From Aliivibrio fischeri ES114 (GTDB taxonomy: Bacteria; Pseudomonadota; Gammaproteobacteria; Enterobacterales; Vibrionaceae): a DNA stretch of 32,000 bases. A program made the translations under genes and the position numbers. The notes beneath the pieces are model-generated. The model did not search any database, was not told where the DNA came from, and saw only the letters and a list, made by a program, of their open reading frames with translations. Positions 19,872 to 29,045 of the stretch are shown piece by piece (position 1 is the first letter of the stretch; each line of letters starts with the position of its first letter). The stretch is from NCBI RefSeq assembly GCF_000011805.1, contig NC_006840.2. One strand, given 5' to 3'.

Positions 19872-20282
19872 TTAGATACCAACTTGATCTGCGGTAAGGT
19901 TATGAAATTCTGCAGGAATTTGATCCCAAGCTGATTTGATTTCACGTAACATTTCTACGACGTCATCAATAGCTTGACCATCATTATTTTGGTTAGCGTG
20001 TGAAATTTGGCGGATCATAAAATCGTATAAAGAATCTAGGTTACTTGCAATTTCACCACCATCGTCCATTGATAGACATGAACGTAGACTGATAACGATG
20101 TCTAATGCCTTGCCAAGACGCTCGCCTTTAACTGGTGTGTTGCCTTGTTCCATGGCAGCTTTACCTTGGATTAAACGCTCAATAGCTCCAGCCATCAGCA
20201 TTTGAATTACCTTATGAGGTGATGCAGCACTTAATTGGCTATCAATTGATACCTTTTTATATGCCTGTAGTGAACCTCTCAT
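19872..20282 (-). CDS. fliS: Flagellin export chaperone FliS
   Basis: 136-aa ORF with KVSIDSQLSAASPHKVIQMLMAGAIERLIQGKAAME and LYDFMIRQISHAN. Confidence 0.95.
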   Translation of the reverse strand: MRGSLQAYKKVSIDSQLSAASPHKVIQMLMAGAIERLIQGKAAMEQGNTPVKGERLGKALDIVISLRSCLSMDDGGEIASNLDSLYDFMIRQISHANQNNDGQAIDDVVEMLREIKSAWDQIPAEFHNLTADQVGI

Positions 20283-20297
20283 CGTATTTCCTCAGTT

Positions 20298-20588
20298 TTA
20301 TTGAAATTTTCTATACAACTGAACCGATTTCTTCGCATGATTCAGTTTTTGATAATCAAGTGCAAATTGCTGCCCTAACTCTGTCATCTCTTCAACAATG
20401 AGTTGGGTTCGTGCAATTGCGAGTTGCCATTCAGTGGATGCCACTATTTCTGACGCTTGCATACATGCATGCAAGAGTTGTTCCCGATTTGCTAAAAAAG
20501 TAGCCAATTGTTCAAAATTAATATCTTCACTACGATATTGTTTTTGCAACTCTTGGTCTAATACTTCTAATTGCTTTAGTAATTCCAT
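20298..20588 (-). CDS. flaI: FliT/FlaI-like flagellar chaperone
   Basis: 96-aa helical ORF between fliD and fliS; assignment mainly by gene order and size. Confidence 0.7.
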   Translation of the reverse strand: MELLKQLEVLDQELQKQYRSEDINFEQLATFLANREQLLHACMQASEIVASTEWQLAIARTQLIVEEMTELGQQFALDYQKLNHAKKSVQLYRKFQ

Positions 20589-20619
20589 CGGTAACCTCTA
20601 TACCAGTAACAAGGTTGCA

Positions 20620-22590
20620 TTAACCCAACGCATTCATCATACCTGATAACTGCGCTTTCATTTTTCCGGTTACATCTTGCATATTGGCAAATTTATTACG
20701 CGTACGCTCTTGAAGACTTTCCATTCGGCGATCTAAATCCACCTGCTGATCATTAAGGCGATAATTTTGATCTCGCATCGTATTCATTCGTGTACGGATT
20801 GGACCACTCACCCCTGTCATGCTTTGAATAACGTCTTCAACCTTTTTAGCAAAACCTTTTGAACCACCAAAGAAAGTATGCAACTGACTGAAATTTTCAT
20901 TCAATTGACGATCTAACATTGATTGATTAATTTCAAGAGTGCCTTGTCGAGTCGTTGAAATACCAAGCTCTATCAGTGTTTTTATTCCTGTAGGAGCCGA
21001 TTCAACTGGCGCTACAAATACAGATTTTAAGCGAGACTCAGCCGAACGTACGACACTATCTCCGGCAAGTGGACCACTTTGACCTGTTGCCGGATCAAAG
21101 CCACTTAATGCCTTGGTGGTTTCATAGAACTGATTGTAAGTATTTACAAATTGTTCGATAGCAGCTTTTACAGTATCTCTATCAAACTGCACATCTAAAT
21201 CGATGCGTTTGCTTGCTTCTGCTGTTGTACCTTTTAAAGTGATATCAACACCTTGAACCGCGTCTTGAATTACATTGGTGTCACTGCTTATTCTTGCAAC
21301 ACCATCCAAGACCACTTTCGCACTACTTGCCGATTGAACTTCCTGAAGACCAGAATATAAAGGTTTGCGTGGACCTTCTGGTTTAATTGTCTCCACAACC
21401 TTTTCAATCGGTTCTAATTTTTCTTTTGCTATTTCTTTAATTGTTGGCGGCAGTTTTTCTACTTTTTCTTTTGCTATATCAACAATTTCTTTTTTCGGTG
21501 CTTCTTTCTGAGGCGCTTCATAAGTAATGCCAGCAGCTTGGAAAACCGTATCTGGCGTTTGTCCAATTTCTGCAAGCGCTTCAGCTGCATCTTGATCGCC
21601 TTGCTTTGCCGCTTTAGCTAATTCAATCTTTTCATCTTCATTTGGAAGTGCCGCTTGCAGTGTTCCTGCAGTACGCTCACTCCACCCTGACATGCCAGAT
21701 GTTGGATCGGTTGGATCTTCTAACGTCGCTAATGCCGCTGTTGCTTCTTGCTGCATCATGATTTCTTTAGCTGCTTTTTCTTCACGAGCTAATTCACGAT
21801 TGGCATAATCAATCAAAGGTTTAAAGTAAGCGTATTTTTCTTCGTCACTCAGCTCTGGTACTTCTTGCTCTGTAATTGGCTCACGAACTTGTTGAGCGGC
21901 AACTTCAGGCACTTGCTGATATTGAAGCAATGTTGGAATATCAAATTTTGTTGATACCGTTGGATCAAAGTCAGGGTTAAACGCAAATCGATGCAATTGG
22001 TTATTGTATTTTGCATCAACTTCAATTTTAACTTTATTACTTTCGCCAGGCTTATCAGATGCGAGAATTAAACGAGAGCCACCATCGTCTTTTACGATAG
22101 AAGCTTGCACACCTGGGTTTGAAGGTGCACTGTTAATCTGTTTTAAAATGTCAGTAATTTTATTATTTTGGCCGACAACATCTATAGTAAATGATTTCTT
22201 ACCTAGCGATATTTCTAATTTACCTGGGCCAAATTTAGCATCATCACGAATAGGAGACGATGCTAGCTTTTGAGCTTGAGCAAGTTGTAAAACGTCAATA
22301 GTATAACGACCAGCAAGTGCATCAGGGCTCGCCGTAGCACTAACTACATCTTCATCACTACTTGAGATAGTTCTCGATGCAAATGTGTCGTCTTGACGGA
22401 AAGTCGTCATAAGATTCTTCATGGTATCTAATGATTCTTGCAGACGGCCGTAACCACTAATATTAGTATCTATGTCTGAACGTTCACGGTCGATGCGCTG
22501 CTGCTTAGGTAAGCGCTCGCTTTCAACTATTTTGCTCACCATAGAATTAATATCTAGGCCACCACCCATCCCCATCGGGCTAACACTCAT
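20620..22590 (-). CDS. fliD: Flagellar hook-associated protein 2 / filament cap FliD (656 aa, with long insertion)
   Basis: Conserved N-terminus (GGGLDINSMVSKIVESERLPKQ) and C-terminus (ARLS-type MESLQERTRNKFANMQDVTGKMKAQLSGMMNALG). Confidence 0.96.
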   Translation of the reverse strand: MSVSPMGMGGGLDINSMVSKIVESERLPKQQRIDRERSDIDTNISGYGRLQESLDTMKNLMTTFRQDDTFASRTISSSDEDVVSATASPDALAGRYTIDVLQLAQAQKLASSPIRDDAKFGPGKLEISLGKKSFTIDVVGQNNKITDILKQINSAPSNPGVQASIVKDDGGSRLILASDKPGESNKVKIEVDAKYNNQLHRFAFNPDFDPTVSTKFDIPTLLQYQQVPEVAAQQVREPITEQEVPELSDEEKYAYFKPLIDYANRELAREEKAAKEIMMQQEATAALATLEDPTDPTSGMSGWSERTAGTLQAALPNEDEKIELAKAAKQGDQDAAEALAEIGQTPDTVFQAAGITYEAPQKEAPKKEIVDIAKEKVEKLPPTIKEIAKEKLEPIEKVVETIKPEGPRKPLYSGLQEVQSASSAKVVLDGVARISSDTNVIQDAVQGVDITLKGTTAEASKRIDLDVQFDRDTVKAAIEQFVNTYNQFYETTKALSGFDPATGQSGPLAGDSVVRSAESRLKSVFVAPVESAPTGIKTLIELGISTTRQGTLEINQSMLDRQLNENFSQLHTFFGGSKGFAKKVEDVIQSMTGVSGPIRTRMNTMRDQNYRLNDQQVDLDRRMESLQERTRNKFANMQDVTGKMKAQLSGMMNALG

Positions 22591-22614
22591 GAATCGCTTT
22601 CCTCAATTAACGGT

Positions 22615-23034
22615 TTAAATCCTCTCAGCTATCAATCCAGATGCACTGGCAGCTAAATCTCTAGCAACTTCCAACATCTTTTCATCGGGAATTTGTCGAA
22701 TGATATCACCGCTGCTGACTTCAAAAACGGTAATAACCTGCCGCCCTGACTCTTCATCTAGGCGAAACGATAATCCTCGATCCATGCTTTTAACGTATTC
22801 ATTAAGCTCTTCTACTGCTTTATGAAGTGCTTCTTTCTTTTTCGTTTCAAGCTTTTGTTCTGCTTCTGCAACAATGGCTTCGCTAGCGGTTAAAGGTTCT
22901 GTGCCTTCAATAAGCGATGCTTTGTTATCTACATAAACAGATGATGTTGGTTGCACATTAGAACTAGCAATTTGCGTGCCGTTATTTGAAGGGGGTGTGG
23001 AGTGGATTGTTGAAGATACAAATGATGAATCCAT
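22615..23034 (-). CDS. flaG: FlaG family protein
   Basis: 139-aa ORF with FlaG signature VEELNEYVKSMDRGLSFRLDEESGRQVITVFEVSSGDIIRQIPDEKML. Confidence 0.94.
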   Translation of the reverse strand: MDSSFVSSTIHSTPPSNNGTQIASSNVQPTSSVYVDNKASLIEGTEPLTASEAIVAEAEQKLETKKKEALHKAVEELNEYVKSMDRGLSFRLDEESGRQVITVFEVSSGDIIRQIPDEKMLEVARDLAASASGLIAERI

Positions 23035-23060
23035 AGTATTTTCCTCCTAATACGAAAAAA

Positions 23061-23087
23061 GACAGCAAGAGGAGCGGTCCTGCTGTC
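23061..23087 (-). terminator. Rho-independent terminator downstream of flaE
   Basis: Minus strand GACAGCAGGACCGCTCCTCTTGCTGTCTTTTTTCG: imperfect stem (7 bp plus 3 bp with a bulge) then T6. Confidence 0.75.
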
Positions 23088-23157
23088 ATATTTCAGTAAG
23101 TGGGTAGACGATGAAGCCGCCCACCTACCTATTTTAGTATTATCAATTAATCAACGA

Positions 23158-24294
23158 TTAACGTAATAGACCTAGAGCAGCGTTTGGCGCTTGCTTAGCT
23201 TGAGCAAGGATAGAAGAACTTGCTTGCTGTAGGATTTGAGACTTAGTCATTTCAGTTGTTTCTTTCGCGAAATCAACGTCTTTGATTTGGCTCTTAGAAG
23301 CAGAAACGTTTTCGTTAATGTTGTCTAAGTTGCTGATTGTGTGACCCATACGGTTTTGAGCAGCACCTAGCTCAGAACGGTGGCTATCAACAAATTTCAT
23401 TGCTGCGTCAACAACTGCTACTGCGTTTTGAGAACCAGCAACTGTAGTTACGTCGATGTTGCCAACAGTTTTGTTTGCAACTTCAGCATCAGCCATACCA
23501 GTTTCTTTAGCTAGAGCACCAGAGAAGCTGATTTCGCCTTCTGCAACGTCTTTAGCTGCGAATACTTGTAGTTTGCCATCTTCGCCAACAGAAGCGCTAA
23601 CTTTGTCAGTTTGACCGTTGATGTATGTTGCAACTTCTTCGATATCGTCGCCAGCTTTAGCGTTGATTTCGATAGCTTGCTCTTCACCATTCTTATCAGC
23701 GATTGTGATAGTCATGTTTGCGTCTTTACCAGCAGTCCAACCAGCAGCAACACCTTCAGAAGCTGTGAATGTTTTACCACCCATGTTTGCTTCGTCTGCA
23801 CGTAGGTTGTTTAGAGTAAGCATTACTGCTTCACCTGAATCAGCACCAACTTGGAAAGATTTAGTACCGAAGTTACCGTTAAGTAGACGTGTGCCACCGA
23901 AAGAAGTTGTTTCAGCGATACGGTTCATTTCGTCAGAAAGAGCCGTAACTTCTTGTTGGATCGCTTGACGGTCAGCGTCAGTGTTTGAACCATTTGACGA
24001 TTGCAGTGCTAGGTCACGTACACGAGAAAGGATGTTTGAAGTCTCTTTCATTGCGCCTTCAGCAGTTTGCATCATAGAGATGCCGTCGTTTGCGTTACGA
24101 ACCGCTACGTCTAGACCACGAGTTTGCGTGTTTAGACGGTTAGAGATTTGTAGACCAGCTGCGTCATCTTTAGCACTGTTGATTTTGCTACCAGATGATA
24201 GACGTTCCATAGATTGGTTAACGCCGTCAGTTGCGCTGTTTAAGTAACGCTGTGCAGTCATTGCTGATACGTTAGTATTTACTGTAATAGACAT
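23158..24294 (-). CDS. flaE: Polar flagellin (paralog 5; start corrected from 24354)
   Basis: Flagellin [35 protein letters not shown]...; the 20 upstream residues of the longest ORF ([20 protein letters not shown]) are absent from other flagellins. Letter assigned by order relative to V. fischeri flaA-E. Confidence 0.9.
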   Translation of the reverse strand: MSITVNTNVSAMTAQRYLNSATDGVNQSMERLSSGSKINSAKDDAAGLQISNRLNTQTRGLDVAVRNANDGISMMQTAEGAMKETSNILSRVRDLALQSSNGSNTDADRQAIQQEVTALSDEMNRIAETTSFGGTRLLNGNFGTKSFQVGADSGEAVMLTLNNLRADEANMGGKTFTASEGVAAGWTAGKDANMTITIADKNGEEQAIEINAKAGDDIEEVATYINGQTDKVSASVGEDGKLQVFAAKDVAEGEISFSGALAKETGMADAEVANKTVGNIDVTTVAGSQNAVAVVDAAMKFVDSHRSELGAAQNRMGHTISNLDNINENVSASKSQIKDVDFAKETTEMTKSQILQQASSSILAQAKQAPNAALGLLR

Positions 24295-24539
24295 AAATAG
24301 ATCTCCTAAGGGAAAGTGCAATGGTGGTTTGGTCTCATCCTCCGCCCCAGCCATTGTTTCTCACATATATTTAAAAGCGTATCTCTATATACTTTGTAGA
24401 CTCTCACCTCTACAAAATACATCGCCGAGATAGCCTAAGTTTAATTTTTATAAAGTAAGTCAGACTCACTTATAACCTGTTGGGATTGAACTTTGCAGAT
24501 GGCATAAGCTCACATTCTCACAAGTGTTTACTATGCTGA

Positions 24540-25667
24540 TTAGCCCAACAGGCCTAATGCTGCATTTGGTGCCTGCTTAGCTTGAGCAAGGATAGACGAG
24601 CTCGCTTGTTGCAGGATTTGAGATTTCGTCATTGCTGTCGTTTCTTTAGCAAAATCAACATCTTTGATTTGGCTGTTAGACGCATTCACGTTCTCGTTAA
24701 TGTTTTCTAAGTTGTTAATAGCGTGGTTGAAACGGTTTTGGAAAGCACCTAAATCAGCACGGTTTGAATCAACGTATTGCATTGCTGAATCAAGAATTGC
24801 TACCGCTTTTTGTGAACCACCAACGGTTGTTACATCGATGCTCTTAACTGTGTCAGATACTTTATTACCCATACCCAGTTCGTTGCTTAATGAACCACTG
24901 AATTCAATATCAGTTGCATCTGCTGCTGCAAAAATTTGTAATTTGCCGTCTTCAGTTACAGAAGCGTTTACAGCATCGCTTTGACCATTGATGTAAGTTG
25001 CTACTTCTTCAATATCGTCACCAGCTTTTGCATTGATAGTGATGTTTTGTTCTTCACCTTTGCTATCAACAAAGTTCATTGTTAATTCTGTATTTTCAGC
25101 ACCCACTTTCCAGTTTGAATCTTTACCTTCAGTCGCTGAGTAAGTAGAACCACCCATCGCTGTTGTATCAGAGCGCATGTTGTTCAGAGTAAGCATTACC
25201 GCTTCACCTGAATCTGAACCGATTTGGAAAGATTTAGTACCGAACTGGCCGTTAAGTAGGCGTGAGCCACCGAACGATGTTGTTTCTGCAATACGGTTTA
25301 ATTCGTCATTCAAAGCAACCACTTCTTCTTGAATCGCTGTACGGTCTGCATGTGTATTTGAACCGTTAGCTGATTGAAGTGATAAATCACGCATACGTTG
25401 AAGGATGTTCGTTGTTTCGTTCATCGCACCTTCAGCAGTTTGCGCCATTGAGATACCATCATTTGCATTTCGAACTGCAACATCTAAACCACGAGTTTGA
25501 GACGTTAGGCGGTTTGAAATTTGTAGACCCGCTGCATCATCTTTAGCACTGTTAATTTTAAGACCTGAAGACAAACGCTCCATTGAGCTGTTTAGGTCGT
25601 TAGTTGCGTTGCTTAGGTAACGCTGTGCTGTCATTGCTGATACGTTTGTGTTTACATTGATAGACAT
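24540..25667 (-). CDS. flaD: Polar flagellin (paralog 4)
   Basis: 375-aa flagellin; conserved D0/D1 termini. Confidence 0.92.
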   Translation of the reverse strand: MSINVNTNVSAMTAQRYLSNATNDLNSSMERLSSGLKINSAKDDAAGLQISNRLTSQTRGLDVAVRNANDGISMAQTAEGAMNETTNILQRMRDLSLQSANGSNTHADRTAIQEEVVALNDELNRIAETTSFGGSRLLNGQFGTKSFQIGSDSGEAVMLTLNNMRSDTTAMGGSTYSATEGKDSNWKVGAENTELTMNFVDSKGEEQNITINAKAGDDIEEVATYINGQSDAVNASVTEDGKLQIFAAADATDIEFSGSLSNELGMGNKVSDTVKSIDVTTVGGSQKAVAILDSAMQYVDSNRADLGAFQNRFNHAINNLENINENVNASNSQIKDVDFAKETTAMTKSQILQQASSSILAQAKQAPNAALGLLG

Positions 25668-25744
25668 AATTTATTTCTCCACTTTGGTTCCGAATCACTC
25701 CGCTCCTGGACCGGTAACCGTATTGTTCATCGTTGATACTTAAC

Positions 25745-25771
25745 TTAGCGACCTACTTTCAAATTACTTTA
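25745..25771 (-). promoter_or_regulatory. Predicted sigma-28 (FliA) promoter for flaD
   Basis: Minus strand TAAA-N15-GTCGCTAA (TAAAGTAATTTGAAAGTAGGTCGCTAA) versus TAAAGTTT-N11-GCCGATAA. Confidence 0.8.
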
Positions 25772-25985
25772 GAAAAACTTTTAATTTTTTAAGCTTTTCT
25801 TTTTTAAGAATTTTTCAGCTTTTTCTTAGTCGCTGTGCCTTGTAATTAAGTTATCGCTCGCAATCGGAAACTCTTTAGAGAAAAATGCAAAAAAAACGAA
25901 AATAATTTAAATTCCAGATAAAATGTGAGGAAAATCACCTAATTTAGAGGGAAATAGATATTTATTGATGGTTTTATAAACAAAA

Positions 25986-26009
25986 AAAGCCGAGGCAAGC
26001 CCCGGCTTT
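25986..26009 (-). terminator. Rho-independent terminator downstream of flaC
   Basis: Minus strand AAAGCCGGGG-CTTG-CCTCGGCTTTTTTTG: 10-bp stem with one G-U, T7 tract. Confidence 0.88.
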
Positions 26010-26062
26010 GGCATAGTGTGAGAGCACTATTACCTTAGAAGTTGTTTAAATCGCCTAATAAA

Positions 26063-27196
26063 TTAGCGTAATAGACCAAGAGCAGCGTTAGGCGCTTGCT
26101 TAGCTTGAGCTAAAATAGAAGAACTTGCTTGTTGAAGAATCTGAGATTTCGTCATCTCAGTTGTTTCTTTAGCAAAGTCTACATCTTTAATTCGGCTATT
26201 AGATGCTGAAACATTTTCATTAATGTTATCTAGGTTATTTATCGCATGGCTAAATCGGTTTTGGAATGCACCCAAGTCAGCACGGTTTGAATCAACAAAT
26301 TGCATTGCTGCATCCAGAATAGCCACAGCCTTCTGAGAACCACCTACCGTAGTTACGTCTATGCTCTTAACCGTCTCAGCCTGTGCTGCCCCCATATTCA
26401 GTTCACCAGCTAATGAACCACCAAATTTAACTTCACCTTGAACTTTATCGTTAGAGGTTACAATTTGTAGCTCACCATTTTCTGATACTGACGCATTAAT
26501 CGCATCTGTTTGACCATTGATGTAAGTCGCTACTTGCTCAATATCATCACCAGACTTAGCATTAATCGTTAACTCTTTCTCTTCACCTGCACGGTTTACA
26601 TAAGAAACAGTCAATTCTGATTTCTCAGCATTTACAGCCCAATCACCACCCAGTGCCGTTTCTGCTTTATAGCTTGTTCCGCCCATTGATGCAGAGTCTG
26701 AACGCATGTTGTTAAGACTAAGCATTACCGCTTCACCTGAATCAGCACCAATTTGGAATGATTTAGTACCAAATTGACCATTAAGAAGACGAGAACCACC
26801 GAAAGAGGTTGTTTCAGCAATACGGTTCAGCTCATCATTAAGCGCACCGACTTCTTGTTGAATCGCTTCACGGTCAGAAGTTGTATTTGAACCGTTTGCT
26901 GATTGTAGTGATAAGTCACGCATACGTTGTAAGATGTTTGTTGACTCATTCATTGCACCTTCAGCTGTTTGTGCAATTGAAATACCATCGTTTGCATTGC
27001 GTACAGCTACATCTAAGCCACGAGATTGTGAAGTCAAACGGTTTGAAATCTGTAGGCCAGCAGCATCATCTTTTGCGCTGTTGATTTTAAAGCCAGAAGA
27101 TAGACGTTCCATTGATTGATTCACGCCATCCGTTGCATTGTTCAAGTAACGCTGAGCTGTCATTGCTGATACGTTAGTATTTACTGTAATCGACAT
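26063..27196 (-). CDS. flaC: Polar flagellin (paralog 3; start corrected from 27265)
   Basis: Flagellin [24 protein letters not shown]...; the 23 upstream residues of the longest ORF read through the leader hairpin and are absent from paralogs. GGAG (27205-27208) precedes the chosen ATG. Confidence 0.92.
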   Translation of the reverse strand: MSITVNTNVSAMTAQRYLNNATDGVNQSMERLSSGFKINSAKDDAAGLQISNRLTSQSRGLDVAVRNANDGISIAQTAEGAMNESTNILQRMRDLSLQSANGSNTTSDREAIQQEVGALNDELNRIAETTSFGGSRLLNGQFGTKSFQIGADSGEAVMLSLNNMRSDSASMGGTSYKAETALGGDWAVNAEKSELTVSYVNRAGEEKELTINAKSGDDIEQVATYINGQTDAINASVSENGELQIVTSNDKVQGEVKFGGSLAGELNMGAAQAETVKSIDVTTVGGSQKAVAILDAAMQFVDSNRADLGAFQNRFSHAINNLDNINENVSASNSRIKDVDFAKETTEMTKSQILQQASSSILAQAKQAPNAALGLLR

Positions 27197-27213
27197 AGTG
27201 GTATCTCCGTTTA

Positions 27214-27245
27214 GTTTTCCGATTGTTTTCCGTAGTTCGGAAAAC
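27214..27245 (-). promoter_or_regulatory. flaC leader inverted/direct repeat (possible alternative hairpins)
   Basis: Plus strand GTTTTCCG at 27214-27221 and 27225-27232, and complementary CGGAAAAC at 27238-27245, immediately upstream of the ribosome-binding site. Confidence 0.65.
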
Positions 27246-27298
27246 TGAGCTTTATTATTCGACACTAAATTGATTGCTATTAGTGCCTGATACTTAAC

Positions 27299-27325
27299 TT
27301 AACGACGGTTAAAAATAAACCTTTA
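27299..27325 (-). promoter_or_regulatory. Predicted sigma-28 (FliA) promoter for flaC
   Basis: Minus strand TAAAGGTTTATTTTTAACCGTCGTTAA = TAAA-N15-GTCGTTAA. Confidence 0.82.
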
Positions 27326-27543
27326 TCGATTTATTTATAAAATAGGTGATTACTTTATGAACTATGATCGTGCTTCAAAGTTTTTTACAATTGACTAAAA
27401 AATAGCTAAAGTTTTTTTGCTTTTGGCCAAGTATTAGCCAGTTCCTTGATACAAAAGGGATTTAGCCACCTCTTCCTTTAGATTTAATGCCTCATTTCTT
27501 TATTTATTTCACTTTAGCTACTTTATTTTCTTTAGACGAAAAA

Positions 27544-27566
27544 AAACCAGCAATCATTGCTGGTTT
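27544..27566 (-). terminator. Rho-independent terminator downstream of flaB
   Basis: AAACCAGCAA-3 nt-TTGCTGGTTT perfect 10-bp arms; long T tract on the minus strand. Confidence 0.92.
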
Positions 27567-27593
27567 AAAAATAGTTATGTCGATTGGTATAAA

Positions 27594-28727
27594 TTAACCA
27601 AGCAATTTTAAAGCAATATCAGGTGCTTGTTTTGCTTGTGCCAGTACTGTTGAACTCACTTGCTGTAAGATTTGAGCTTTCATCATCTCAACCGTTTCTT
27701 TTGCAAAATCTGTATCTTCAATACGACTGTTTGAAGCGGCAACATTTTCATGAATATTATTCAAGTTATTGATAGCATGGTCAAAGCGATTTTGGAAAGC
27801 GCCTAACGTTGCTCGTTCTTTATCAACAAACCCCATTGCCGCATCTAAAGTTGCAATAGCACGTTGTGAGCCACCAACACTCGTTAGGTCTAAATCATTA
27901 ACAGTATCAAATACAGCACCACCAATGGCTAACTCAGCAGAGAGTGATCCTCCAAATGTCACCGCACTTGAGACTAAATCACCTGCAGTAAATAATTGTA
28001 ATTGACCATTCTCATCAACGGATGCTTGAACGGTATCATTCTGGCCATTGATATACGTTGCCAATTCCTCAATATCATCACCCGCTTTGGCTTCAATTGT
28101 GATTTCTTGAGCTTTACCATTTTTATCATTAAATGACATGGTAAGCGTTTGACCACCTTCTGGCACTGTCCAACCTTTGTTTAATTGGTTTTGAGATGTG
28201 TAATGAAAACCGCCCATGGCAAGTGTATCAGATCGCATACTACCTAAAGTAAGTTGAACGGCTTCACCTGCATTGGCACCAATCTGAAAGGTTGAGGTTC
28301 CAAACTGACCATTCAACAAACGTCGGCCACCAAAAGAAGTGGTTTCTGCAATACGATTTAATTCATCGTTAAGTGCATCCGCTTCTTCTTGAATTGCTTG
28401 TCTGTCTTGTAACGTATTAGAACCATTAGAAGACTGTAGTGCTAAATCGCGCATACGTTGCAAAATATTAGTACTTTCATTCATTGCACCTTCTGCTGTT
28501 TGTGCAATTGAAATACCGTCATTCGCATTACGAACCGCCACATCCAAACCACTCATTTGAGATTTCAAACGATTTGATATTTGCAAACCAGCCGCATCAT
28601 CTTTCGCACTATTAATTCTTTTACCTGACGAAAGGCGTTCCATTGATTGGTTTAAGTGTTCTGTTGCTTGATTTAAATATCGCTGTGCCGTCATTGCAGA
28701 CACATTGGTGTTTACCGTTACAGACAT
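27594..28727 (-). CDS. flaB: Polar flagellin (paralog 2, divergent)
   Basis: 377-aa flagellin [44 protein letters not shown]...; divergent C-terminus [10 protein letters not shown]. Confidence 0.91.
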   Translation of the reverse strand: MSVTVNTNVSAMTAQRYLNQATEHLNQSMERLSSGKRINSAKDDAAGLQISNRLKSQMSGLDVAVRNANDGISIAQTAEGAMNESTNILQRMRDLALQSSNGSNTLQDRQAIQEEADALNDELNRIAETTSFGGRRLLNGQFGTSTFQIGANAGEAVQLTLGSMRSDTLAMGGFHYTSQNQLNKGWTVPEGGQTLTMSFNDKNGKAQEITIEAKAGDDIEELATYINGQNDTVQASVDENGQLQLFTAGDLVSSAVTFGGSLSAELAIGGAVFDTVNDLDLTSVGGSQRAIATLDAAMGFVDKERATLGAFQNRFDHAINNLNNIHENVAASNSRIEDTDFAKETVEMMKAQILQQVSSTVLAQAKQAPDIALKLLG

Positions 28728-28761
28728 AACAATCTCTTAATTTATTTTCATCTTAATAGTT

Positions 28762-28788
28762 ATAACGGCACAAAAACCTAAAGCTTAA
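28762..28788 (-). promoter_or_regulatory. Candidate sigma-28 promoter for flaB
   Basis: Minus strand TTAAGCTTTAGGTTTTTGTGCCGTTAT: TTAA-N15-GCCGTTAT, about 35 bp upstream of the start codon. Confidence 0.55.
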
Positions 28789-28980
28789 ATAATAAAAAGT
28801 ACAACTATTGATGAAATAGATTCAATCATGAATGAACGAAAAATGGGATATGAGAAAAAAGATGTATTTTGAAGGGTAGCCCCAATTAAGGGGCATAAAG
28901 CTAGGTTGGTTTTTTATGAGGAGATCTGTGAGAAGAACACAAAAAACCAGTTACCTATAGCTTGCACAACAATCAGGTGA

Positions 28981-29015
28981 ACAAGAGGTTGATGAGAGAT
29001 GAGAGCACCTCTTGT
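28981..29015 (-). other. Hairpin just downstream of the flaA stop codon
   Basis: ACAAGAGGT (28981-28989) and ACCTCTTGT (29007-29015), perfect 9-bp arms with 17-nt loop, no T tract. Confidence 0.6.
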
Positions 29016-29045
29016 CCATTCATATGACTGTTGTTAGTTACTCAA

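Noticed and set aside
23115-23130. AGGTAGGTGGGCGGCT as a flaG sigma-54 promoter
   Set aside because: Only GG-N10-GC geometry matches; surrounding consensus positions are poor and the flaE terminator follows it.
23618-23968. Antisense ORFs inside flagellin genes (also at 24664-24984, 27769-28005 and 29506-29766)
   Set aside because: Similar peptides (e.g. M(Y)VA(T/N)[11 protein letters not shown]) recur simply because they are the reverse reading of conserved flagellin codons; no promoter or ribosome-binding evidence.
26013-26030. ATAGTG-TGAGAG-CACTAT inverted repeat between flaC and its terminator
   Set aside because: Only 6-bp arms in AT-rich sequence beside a clear terminator; likely incidental.
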